A stretch of DNA of 64,000 nucleotides from a virus (IMGVR_UViG_3300021254_000026:44010-108009); one strand, 5' to 3'; counted from the stretch's first letter, positions 1-8,551 are shown. Notes: generated by a model from the letters alone, not told the origin. Numbers and translations are program-made.

Positions 1-28
1 AATTGTGAAATGATCAAAGTTTGTTAAT

Positions 29-886
29 ATGTCTAAGTCAAAAGATATTAAGCCACAAGATATAATAGATCAAATGTGGAAATTCCATCGTGATTTTATG
101 ATGGATTCTATGTGGATGTCATATAGATATTGTATAGGTCGTCATACAATTGCATCTCATGCGCGTGCTAGAGAAATTGCTGAATATTGTTATGGACATA
201 TGAGTAATGAGCGTTCAGTTTTTACAGCGTACGATATTAATAGAGAGATTGAAGATAAAATGAGGTTTGGTGCTGGAGGTCCTAATTGGCATTTTCCAAT
301 TACTTCATTAAATAAAATCTATACAACAGCTATTGATATATTCTGTGAATTTTTGGAAGACTATAATATTAAGTCAAAAGAAGATTATCTTAAGTATTAT
401 AGTATAGATGTTATCCTTTCTGATAATGAACGTGGGTATAAAATTGAAACTACAACCTGGAAAGAAAAACTTCAATCATTAATTCCCATATTTAAAGAAG
501 TATATGATATGGATAATGTAGAAGACATTATTTCACTTATTAAGGTGTTACGTCAAAAGAGTACAGATGATGTAGATTCAAGAATCCGTTGGATTATTCG
601 TGATTATCCAAATCCAGAATATTTCTATTTTCATGATATAGAAGATTTATTTATTTGGAATAATCTAGCTCATTTATTTGATTTGGAGCATCATTATAAG
701 GTAGAACTTATTGATGGGACAATCGAAGAAGTGTTTGATACGTGGACAGAAAAAACCGAACAACGTGACGATAGTTATTATTATAAAACGTTTGGGTATA
801 GAAAGATCACAGTTCCTGTAAACAAATTTCCAGATTCTGTTGTAACTTACATTCCTAAAGAAAATATTAAAAGAATTATAGAATGA
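29..886 (+). CDS. hypothetical phage protein
   Basis: 285-aa ORF; ATGA overlap with the next gene; no recognised motif. Confidence 0.8.
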   Translation: MSKSKDIKPQDIIDQMWKFHRDFMMDSMWMSYRYCIGRHTIASHARAREIAEYCYGHMSNERSVFTAYDINREIEDKMRFGAGGPNWHFPITSLNKIYTTAIDIFCEFLEDYNIKSKEDYLKYYSIDVILSDNERGYKIETTTWKEKLQSLIPIFKEVYDMDNVEDIISLIKVLRQKSTDDVDSRIRWIIRDYPNPEYFYFHDIEDLFIWNNLAHLFDLEHHYKVELIDGTIEEVFDTWTEKTEQRDDSYYYKTFGYRKITVPVNKFPDSVVTYIPKENIKRIIE

Positions 887-1005
887 TTCTAGAACTATCT
901 GACGAAGAATGTTCAGCAATGATTCAAGCAATTGATTGTTGTTGTATTGAAGAAAAAAGAATATTAGGTAGAATTAAAAAATTATTAAAAAAACTATTAA
1001 AATGA
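883..1005 (+). CDS. small hypothetical protein (40 aa)
   Basis: Hand-translated MILELSDEECSAMIQAIDCCC...; ATGA overlaps on both sides. Confidence 0.6.
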   Translation: MILELSDEECSAMIQAIDCCCIEEKRILGRIKKLLKKLLK

Positions 1006-1427
1006 ATAAAATTAAATTGTCTTTTGGAGATCGGAATAATTATACATGGGTTGAAAACGAGAATGCTACGGTATGTAGAATTAAGTGTGAAATTAAAATT
1101 GATAATATTTGTGATAAATATCAAGACAAACTCCAAAAATTGTTCCCACATATTAGTTTTAATTATTTTAACAATATGATAAGATTTACAAGTACAGGAG
1201 TAGCAAAACTTAGTCCAGATGATAAGTATGATAAAATTCTCGGAAGACATATTGCAGAAGCAAGAGCTAAACAAAAAGCTTATAGTGTTGCAAACAGAGT
1301 AATTTGTACTTATTATGATATATTAAATGAGGATATGGATGTTCTTTATGATTTTACTGAAGAATCTGCGCATCAATACGCACACGAAGAAGAACATATT
1401 GAATATCTGATAGAAAAAGGAGAATAA
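1002..1427 (+). CDS. hypothetical phage protein
   Basis: 141-aa ORF; segment GVAKLSPDDKYDKILGRHIAEARAK resembles a common phage hypothetical family. Confidence 0.75.
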   Translation: MNKIKLSFGDRNNYTWVENENATVCRIKCEIKIDNICDKYQDKLQKLFPHISFNYFNNMIRFTSTGVAKLSPDDKYDKILGRHIAEARAKQKAYSVANRVICTYYDILNEDMDVLYDFTEESAHQYAHEEEHIEYLIEKGE

Positions 1428-1462
1428 TTGTTTTTTAAAGTTTCCAATTTACTTTGAAAATT

Positions 1463-1530
1463 GGTGACTCTTGCTAGTTGTCAACAAGATGTTTAACTAG
1501 CAGTGAAAGGCATCACTGGCAAAATGTACA
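1463..1530 (+). ncRNA. candidate small structured RNA
   Basis: GGTGA(1463-67)/TCACT(1513-17) encloses TGCTAGTT(1472-79)/AACTAGCA(1495-1502); a terminator follows. Confidence 0.35.
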
Positions 1531-1536
1531 AGTATT

Positions 1537-1564
1537 AGAGTAGTGTCTACCACTACTCTTTTTA
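1537..1564 (+). terminator. intrinsic terminator
   Basis: 9-bp hairpin AGAGTAGTG/CACTACTCT followed by a T-run. Confidence 0.75.
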
Positions 1565-1567
1565 TAT

Positions 1568-1698
1568 GGAGAATACTACAGGAGGCAAAATGTAAGAATA
1601 AAAAAGAATATAGAGACTCTGGGTTAATAAGGTTTATAAGTTACGATAAATGTTTTCTCCCTTATTCCTGCGTGGGTTCGAATCCCACTATTCTCCCA
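1568..1698 (+). ncRNA. tRNA-like RNA with expanded anticodon arm
   Basis: Acceptor stem GGAGAATA/TATTCTCC; T-arm GTGGG-TTCGAAT-CCCAC; D-like TACA/TGTA with GG in the loop; stem GAATAA/TTATTC enclosing 60 nt. Confidence 0.7.
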
Positions 1699-1705
1699 AA
1701 TATAT

Positions 1706-1736
1706 TTTGAAAATTTTAGTAAAATGAATAAATTTA
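1706..1736 (+). promoter_or_regulatory. variant promoter TTTG-N19-TAAATTTA
   Basis: Same geometry as the Bacteroidota -33/-7 promoter; recurs at other intergenic sites. Confidence 0.45.
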
Positions 1737-1779
1737 TCTATGTTAAATATAGATACTTTTAAAATTTAAATTTACTAAA

Positions 1780-2763
1780 ATGGAAACAAATTTTACATTT
1801 ATTAATGGAAGTGACTAGAAATCTAGTTACTTTGATAATAAAACTAAATCTAATTTAGTTGTTACTATTAAAGATCCTAATAAATTAACAGATGGATATA
1901 CTAAAACTGTAATAAAAATTAATTCTGATAATAAACATGATTATTCAAAGGATTATTTAACCTTTGTTGCGTTAGAAGACGGAACGTTTGCTTTCACTGC
2001 TAGTATTCAATACTCTATTGACAACGGAAATACTTGGACACAACTTGCTCCTAATACGAATAGTCCAACAATAATGGCAGGAAATAAGATTCTTTGGAAA
2101 CAAACTAACCCAACTATTTATGACACTGCTGGTATCGGAAGCTTCGTATCTACTAATCGTTTTAATGTTGAAGGAAATGTAATGTCTTTATACTATGGTG
2201 ACGACTTTCAAGATAAAGTAGATTTAACTGGAAAGAATACTATTTTTTTAGGTTTATTTTTTAATAATCCTAATGTTATAAATGTTGAAAATTTTATTCT
2301 TCCAGCAACTATATTATCTAATTTTTGTTACATTTATATGTTTTCAGGTTGTACAAATCTAACAATTGCTCCAGCATTACCTGCAACAACGTTAGCAGAT
2401 AATTGTTATTCTTACATGTTCAACGATTGTACAAGTTTGACAACAGCACCTGAGTTACCAGCAACAACGTTGGTTAATGGTTGTTATCAATATATGTTCA
2501 GTGGTTGTACAAGTTTAACAACTGCTCCAGAATTACCTGCAGCTATATTAGCTGAAGGTTGTTATGAAGGCATGTTTAGTGATAATTGTACAAGCCTCAA
2601 TTATATCAAGTGTCTGGCAACGAATATAAGTGCTAGTAATTGTTTAACTAATTGGGTAGATGGTGTTTTATCAACTGGAACGTTCATCAAGGTTGCTAGT
2701 ATGAATGGCTGGCCAAGTGGAAAAAATGGTATACCAAATGGTTGGACAGTAGAAGATGTATAA
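1780..2763 (+). CDS. BspA/LRR_5-type leucine-rich-repeat protein (TAG=Gln)
   Basis: ATG 1780 is in frame with track ORF 2074; one TAG at 1816; tandem CTSLTTAPELPATTLxxxCYxxMF repeats. Confidence 0.8.
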
Positions 2764-2793
2764 AATTATTCAAACTAAATAAATTAATAAATT

Positions 2794-3321
2794 ATGAGTC
2801 CTAAAAGTTATGAAAATACTGAATCTGTTGTTAACTTTAACAGTCAATAGGAAGATCCTAAATTAATAAATTATTCACAACAGAAAAATAATTATATTAA
2901 TCCTAAATATGTTGAACATTTAGCAAAATAGTTTTCAAACGCTAAATGTGATGATAGTTCAATAAGTTATTAGCAAATTGGATATATTAGTTCTGATACT
3001 GGACTTATTATATTTATATGCAATAATGAAAAAATAACACTCGAATAGTTACTTTTAAGTAGTGAAGAAATTCCAAATCCTTACTCTCAAAAAAATTTAT
3101 TAAAAAAGGCTGATCCATGTATCAATGTTGAGGTAACTGATTTACCTTTAGACACTCCTGTTATATCATTAATTCCTTGTACTTCTAATAATCATGCTTT
3201 TGATGGGATGTATTTATTTATTAATTTAAATAATAATAAAGTATATAATATAAGTAGTCAATGTGGATTTGTGAAATTAAATGATTTTCATCCTTTATAT
3301 TCAGATTTTAATATTTTTTGA
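2794..3321 (+). CDS. hypothetical protein (TAG=Gln)
   Basis: ATG to TGA, 175 codons, interrupted only by 4 TAGs; absent from the ORF track. Confidence 0.7.
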
Positions 3322-3340
3322 TTTTATTGATCTTTAATTT

Positions 3341-4060
3341 ATGAAACATTTAATATAGAACTCACTTACTGATGGAGCGGGTGTTAAAAGTAATTATTTT
3401 AATTTAATTCTTTAGAAGAACGGACAAAAAATATTCTAGAAATTTGGAATTAGTAGTAGTTGTGAAAATAATAGTCAATGTAAACTTTTAGAAACTTATC
3501 CTATTTCTACGTTTGCTACGGAATATAGTGAAAATAATGAACCTGTTCCTTATGTTATAATATTAGACAAAAAGTTTTCGGAATTATCAGCAGATGGTTA
3601 TATCGCAATTATATCTCCAGATGATTCCGAACCAACTAGTATTGGAATAATTGAATAGGTTATAGAAGGAATAACAGATTACTAGTATTATGTAAGGATG
3701 GATAATGGATTATATATTACATTAGAACATGATCCTAATACAGGTAATATTAGGTTTATTATGGATAATGTTACGAATGTTGTTGGAAAATATCTTTTAG
3801 ACCGATCAAACTTAAGTTTTACTTTTTATTATCCTTGTATTGAATATACAAATGAACAAGCTGGAAGTTACGAATATGGATATTTAAATTACGATCCATT
3901 ATATTTTAAAGAACAATCTGATACAGAACTCATTTTATAGACTTTAAATGGAGTAGATGTAATTATAGACAAAAATAATCCTGAAAATTGTAGAATTAAT
4001 TTAAATGGATTAGAGCCTGAAAATGTAGTTCTGATAATAAAAATAGAACCTGGAAAATGA
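3341..4060 (+). CDS. hypothetical protein (TAG=Gln)
   Basis: 239 codons, 6 TAGs; contains track ORF 3698..3940; ATGA overlap with the next gene. Confidence 0.75.
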
Positions 4061-4734
4061 AATATTTAAGAAAAGTATATTATCCACATAAGTCTAATGG
4101 AGATCCAGATTTTAGTTAGCTTTCAAATATATTTGATGCTAATGATTATTATAATACGTCTAATGGAATTGGAATTGATAGTAACAATTCAGTAGAAGTT
4201 GTTGTAGGTATAAATATATTAAATAATCCTGATCTTTGGAGACAAGCGCAGTTATTTTATTCTAGTGTAATAGTTCCTTAGTATGACATTAGATATAACA
4301 AAAATTCTAATACTTCTGTTTATACTGGTTATGGTTCTCTTTATTCTGATTATATAACATTTGGAAATCCTGGATCTAATTATATACACAGCATCTATGG
4401 AGAAGATTCTTATAATAAAGTGAAATCTAATTGTATTTATGATATAAATAATTTAGAAAACAGCGACCATCTTGTAGGAATAGATATTGGCCCTGAAGTT
4501 GCATTTTGCAGTTAGCTGTTTCAAAGTAATGCTTCAGTTAAGTATATAACTTTTTATTCGAGTGTTCCAGTTCAATATGATGTTGAAGGACAATAGTCAA
4601 ATTATTCAATTAATTTTAGTAATTCATTAAAAGCTATTGTAGTTGATGATGTATATTATTCTAATTTCAAAAATAGTTTAGCATTTAGTTTAGTATCTAA
4701 TAAGATTATGAAAATATCCCAGGTATCTTTGTAA
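4057..4734 (+). CDS. hypothetical protein with LRR-cap-like C-terminus (TAG=Gln)
   Basis: 225 codons, 4 TAGs; C-terminus AIVVDDVYYSNFKNSLAFSLVSNKIMKIS resembles BspA-type caps. Confidence 0.7.
4724..4731 (+). promoter_or_regulatory. Bacteroidota -7 element TATCTTTG
   Basis: Matches TAnnTTTG just upstream of the structured RNA; no clear -33 element. Confidence 0.4.
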
Positions 4735-4744
4735 TATTATCAGA

Positions 4745-5036
4745 ATTTGTGAAGTCTAAAGTAATAACGAGAAACGGAGATCATTTATTGTAATAAAAAG
4801 CAGGACGGCTGTGTTATGAGACTAATTAGGAGTTGAATCAGTGCTACAACTAACATTGCATAATCAGTCCAGTGGACATCGGACTTCACTAATTCAACTT
4901 TCCGATATACTACTATCATAATCGCGGAATTAGATTTCTTCGGCTCTTTGATTTAATCTCCTTATCTGACAGAGAACCGAATTAATTCTATAATGCAGTC
5001 AGGCCTGCTTTTATTATATTTCATACACTCACAAAT
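4745..5036 (+). ncRNA. unassigned ~290-nt multi-branched structured RNA
   Basis: Nested helices 4745-52/5029-36, 4791-4804/5004-16, 4814-19/4916-21, 4831-38/4892-99, 4866-70/4881-85, 4927-32/4983-88, 4939-43/4977-81; no ORF; strand inferred from the upstream promoter. Confidence 0.65.
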
Positions 5037-5064
5037 ATATTTTGTACATCAGAACTAAAACCAT

Positions 5065-5095
5065 TTTGATATTTTGAGAATAACAAATAACTTTG
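5065..5095 (+). promoter_or_regulatory. canonical Bacteroidota RpoD promoter
   Basis: TTTG-N19-TAACTTTG, 26 nt before ATG 5122. Confidence 0.7.
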
Positions 5096-5121
5096 TAATA
5101 TCAAACTTTAAATAGAATAAT

Positions 5122-6612
5122 ATGGCAGAAACAACTTATTACAAGAAACCAATGTCCGTAGTCAGATATGATGAAAATGGATAGAAGTATTTAGAACTTT
5201 TGCCAACTACTGTAGAAGGGAATAGAGCATATACAGATTATGGTGAAGTTCAAGATATGCGTCCATTAGATAATACTGTTCAACAGAGAAGATGGTACAC
5301 AGCCACTAACGCAAAGAAAATGAATAGAGCACTTCCATATGTTGCTGGAACATTAGCAAGTCCTGTTATGTTAGTAGGAGGAATTGGTGCAACTGCAAGC
5401 GAAGCTCTTGTACCTACTGTAGGTAAAGCATTGAACTTTGGAATGAGAGCTATGACTCCATCCTCATATACAGGATTATTTGGAACAGGAACATATAATA
5501 CCGCCTTAGGTGGAAGTGGAGCAAGTGCCCTCGGAGCAGCTGCTGATGCAGGATTAGCAAGTTACTATGCAGCTTCGGCAAAAAGAGCCTATGATAATAA
5601 TCCTAACTTAAGACATGGAATTGAGTTGGGATTAGCTGCATTGCCTGCGATTGCTACTTCAAAAGTTGTGTGGAAAGCAAGAATACCCCGATTTAACCCT
5701 ATTTACGAATCCGATATTCCAGAATTGTAGAAACTATTAGACGAAAATAAATTCGTAGAAAAAATAACTTCAGACGGACAAAAGATAAAGATGTATTTTC
5801 CTTCAGGAAACAAACAGCCGATGAGAGAAGATGAATTAATAAATTTACTTGCTCGATATAATAAACGTACATTATCTCCTTCAGAAATAGAATCTGCTAA
5901 AAAAGCTCCTGATATAATCAATCAATTTGAAAAAGAAGGTATAAAAGGATTTACAGATGATTTTTGGTTTTAGGGATTAGATAGAGAAATTACTTAGTTA
6001 GACAAAGATATATTTCATAGTCATATACCTGAATATTACGATTTATATTAGGATCTTACTAAATCTGGTAATTTAATTAAGAAAGGGGATACTTGGTATG
6101 GAAAATTTTCTAACGGTATGCAAGAAGTACATCCAGAGGAATATATTGTTGCTCACTCTAAAGCATTTATTAATTCTGGTTTAAAATATGATGGATAGAA
6201 TAGAATGAGTGCAATGAGTAAAGATAAATATGATGAATTTATTAAAAACGGAGGACTTGGAGCAACAACGTGGACTACAAACAATTCTAAACAAGGTAGT
6301 GTGTTTCTAAAAGAAAGAGAACCTGGACGTCTTGTTCAAAATTTAGTTAGTACTGACGCTCCTTAGATAAAAATATCAACAGAGAATGCAAAAGTAGGCA
6401 GAGAAGTAGAACACGGAATTTAGTATTCTCCGAATGTAAATTACAGACAGACAACTGGAGATTATATGTTATTTGGTCACGATATGTAGATGAAAGCACT
6501 TCGTGGGAATAATGGAGATTTTAATATGAGAAATAGACATTACTTACGAAATTTTGGAGTTCCTATAATTTTAGGAGGCAGCTTAGTTGGTAATATAAGA
6601 AGTAATAATTAA
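5122..6612 (+). CDS. putative effector with Gly/Ala-rich N-region and diverged ADP-ribosyltransferase-like C-region (TAG=Gln)
   Basis: 496 codons, 9 TAGs; joins track ORFs 5200 and 5791; C-terminal YMLFGHDMQMKALRGNNGDF resembles the QIKSA-GNNG-F tail of polyvalent-protein ART domains. ORF is solid; function is tentative. Confidence 0.65.
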
Positions 6613-6617
6613 ATTTG
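6610..6617 (+). promoter_or_regulatory. Bacteroidota -7 element TAAATTTG (probable leaderless transcript)
   Basis: TAnnTTTG 4 nt before ATG 6622; GTTG 20 nt upstream. Confidence 0.5.
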
Positions 6618-6621
6618 CAAA

Positions 6622-7014
6622 ATGTTATACCCTTTAGTAAAAGATGCTGATAGATATAGTAATGCTGTCCAAAATCTCGGCTCAGATTTTGTGAACCAGC
6701 CTTTTAGTGAAAAGGATTTAAAAGACTTTTCTATTCAAGTTTATTTTCCAGTACCGACTGGTACAGAGTATGCAGAGGAATTTATTACATTAGAACCGCC
6801 AGCAATAAAATATTGGGGAGAACTTTATGATAATTATTTGCCTGATGATTATTACGGTTATAATGGTAAATTATACGATTTGCTGAAATTTGACTTTAAA
6901 AAGGAAATGTTTAAAGAACATTCGTTGTTTTTGTTAAAAGCACATTTGAAGGCTTTCGCTCCTTATCATAGATTAGCAAAGAAACTATTAGTGAAATTAG
7001 AAAATTTAGAATGA
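6622..7014 (+). CDS. hypothetical protein, possible immunity partner
   Basis: 130 aa, no TAG; directly follows the effector-like gene. Confidence 0.65.
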   Translation: MLYPLVKDADRYSNAVQNLGSDFVNQPFSEKDLKDFSIQVYFPVPTGTEYAEEFITLEPPAIKYWGELYDNYLPDDYYGYNGKLYDLLKFDFKKEMFKEHSLFLLKAHLKAFAPYHRLAKKLLVKLENLE

Positions 7015-7451
7015 TCAAACAAAAAACTCCTACTAAATTAATAGCACGAATAAGCCTGTTATCCCGCTTCATTAATGCACAAGATAATGGAGGTATCTAT
7101 GAGAATACTTCCAACTATCAGACTGCATTAAAAGAAATAAAAGAAGGACGAAAAAAGACACATTGGATATGGTATGTCTTTCCACAGATGGCTGGAATAA
7201 AGGGAACCCATAGTCAAATGTCCAAATTCTATGGAATTAATGGTCGGGAAGAAGCCGAACTTTACATCAATCATCCCGTACTTCGTGAACGACTCATAGA
7301 AGCTACGCGAGCTATTCTTGAGAGTGATAAGACAGTGTATGAAATCTTTGGCGACGACACCATGAAAGTCCGAGCATGTATGCTCCTCTTTTCGTCAGTT
7401 TCTGATATATCGGAGTTTAAGAAATTGAAGAACAAATATTGCTGGAAATAA
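7011..7451 (+). CDS. DUF1810 family protein
   Basis: Signature ALKEIKEGRKKTHWIWYVFPQMAG...SKFYGI...EAELYINHPVLRERL. Confidence 0.85.
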   Translation: MIKQKTPTKLIARISLLSRFINAQDNGGIYENTSNYQTALKEIKEGRKKTHWIWYVFPQMAGIKGTHSQMSKFYGINGREEAELYINHPVLRERLIEATRAILESDKTVYEIFGDDTMKVRACMLLFSSVSDISEFKKLKNKYCWK

Positions 7452-7617
7452 AGAAAGTAGTCCCCGTACTTTCTATTAATAATGGAACTCACATGGAGTT
7501 ATGAACGGAAATAACGAATCAATTCAACCAGTGCAACGAACAGTCTTAAATTATTCTATTTCTATTTCATACTCACACCTCCTCTCCGGGGACGTAATAT
7601 AACGGAGAGTGAGGTGT
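7452..7617. ncRNA. candidate kissing-loop structured element
   Basis: Hairpin 7452-74 (loop GTCCCCG) and 14-bp hairpin 7575-7617 containing CGGGGAC (7587-93). Confidence 0.5.
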
Positions 7618-7660
7618 ATTTTGTACAACTATGACTACTGTTTCAGAATAATTTCACGAT

Positions 7661-7909
7661 ATGAAAAAATTTGCAATAGATCTTATAGAATCTGGTGATA
7701 TATATGACATCCAGAAATTAAATAGTTTTTTACATTCAGCAGATAAAAAAACTATAAGAGAGTTAAACTCTGAATTTCGTGATAAGTGGATTGAACATGG
7801 AACTCTTACTTACTATGCTGAAGACTTTCCTAAATATCAAAAGTCTAAGAGGTTAGAGGAAGGATTGGAAGTATTTGTACTCTTTTTATTATACAATGCT
7901 TTGCAATAA
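7661..7909 (+). CDS. hypothetical protein (possibly 5'-truncated)
   Basis: 82-aa ORF; upstream in-frame ATG 7631 is cut off by TAA 7649. Confidence 0.55.
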   Translation: MKKFAIDLIESGDIYDIQKLNSFLHSADKKTIRELNSEFRDKWIEHGTLTYYAEDFPKYQKSKRLEEGLEVFVLFLLYNALQ

Positions 7910-7948
7910 ACCATTCTATGTCTAAAATCTACGAACACCTCGATAAAT

Positions 7949-8124
7949 AAAAAAGGAGAGCGAATAAGTACCCTTATTACTCTCCAATGAATTATCTGAT
8001 AAAATCTGTTTATCTTTGCTCTATCTCTTATTTGTTGAGCAATAACTTTATCCGAAATAGCCGCACATGTACTCAAGAGAACCTGACATGTTGCCTCAAA
8101 GACTGGCTATATATGATAATTCAT
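7949..8124 (-). ncRNA. unassigned ~175-nt RNA: three-way junction plus terminator
   Basis: Perfect 10-bp closing stem 7987-96/8115-24; two internal arms; terminator GGAGAG/CTCTCC plus T6 on the - strand; own promoter. Confidence 0.7.
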
Positions 8125-8128
8125 GCTG

Positions 8129-8160
8129 CAAAGGTACGGACTATTCTTGTTATTTGCAAG
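8129..8160 (-). promoter_or_regulatory. Bacteroidota RpoD promoter on the - strand
   Basis: CTTG-N20-TACCTTTG; predicted start ~8124 coincides with the RNA closing stem. Confidence 0.7.
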
Positions 8161-8210
8161 GATTTTCCGTATCTTGCACAAGGTTGTGAGAACAGAATCT
8201 CAAATTTTAT

Positions 8211-8241
8211 TTTGATTTTTCATGCAAAGATGATATATTAA
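8211..8241 (+). promoter_or_regulatory. variant promoter for the tmRNA/tRNA unit
   Basis: TTTG-N19-TATATTAA; near-identical to the site at 28070. Confidence 0.55.
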
Positions 8242-8245
8242 TTAA

Positions 8246-8467
8246 GTTGTGATGAAATATTTTTGAAAATTTGTAAGACGAGGTTTCGATTACCTCCTAG
8301 TCCACTTTAGGATTTTTATTTTATGGGCTAGTTAAGGGATTGATTGCAAACAAGTAGAAATTATGGAGCAACAAGCCAAAATAAATGGCAATAAATCAAT
8401 TTTTCTTGATAGAGTCACTAGGTTGGCTGCTTGATAGCGTTAATAGTGAAGAACGAAATCTTCACTA
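8246..8467 (+). ncRNA. ssrA: circularly permuted (two-piece) tmRNA
   Basis: GAC + T-arm GAGGT-TTCGATT-ACCTC + 3' acceptor CTAGTCC-A (8297-8304) lies BEFORE the 5' acceptor GGGCTAG (8325-31); G3.U70 pair; tag GNKSIFLDRVTRLAA-TGA at 8387-8434; outer ends approximate. Confidence 0.9.
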
Positions 8468-8470
8468 ATT

Positions 8471-8543
8471 GCTTCGTTAACTCAATTGGTAGAGTAGCTG
8501 AATTGTAATCAGCCTGTTGTGGGTTCGATTCCTACACGAAGCT
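8471..8543 (+). tRNA. tRNA-Thr(UGU)
   Basis: Cloverleaf: GCTTCGT/ACGAAGC, anticodon arm GCTGA-ATTGTAA-TCAGC, TTCGA T-loop; CCA not encoded. Confidence 0.93.
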
Positions 8544-8551
8544 CTAAAAAT

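Noticed and set aside
1463-1530. HDV-like theta ribozyme or known riboswitch
   Set aside because: P2/P3/P1.1 could not be assigned, it is not at a tRNA 3' end, and no aptamer consensus is present in the right order
2330-2600. CRISPR array or DGR repeat
   Set aside because: The ~72-nt periodicity is the coding LRR repeat; no spacers, template repeat or RT were seen
4745-5036. RNase P RNA or retron msr-msd
   Set aside because: No GAGGAAAGUCC-type P4 consensus, and no reverse transcriptase in the window
7949-8124. SRP RNA
   Set aside because: TGTCAGGT is present on the - strand, but the GNRA loop and AGCAG partner strand are missing
7837-8241. Track ORFs 7837..8076(-) and 7987..8241(+)
   Set aside because: They cross a terminator, promoters and a structured RNA, and have atypical composition
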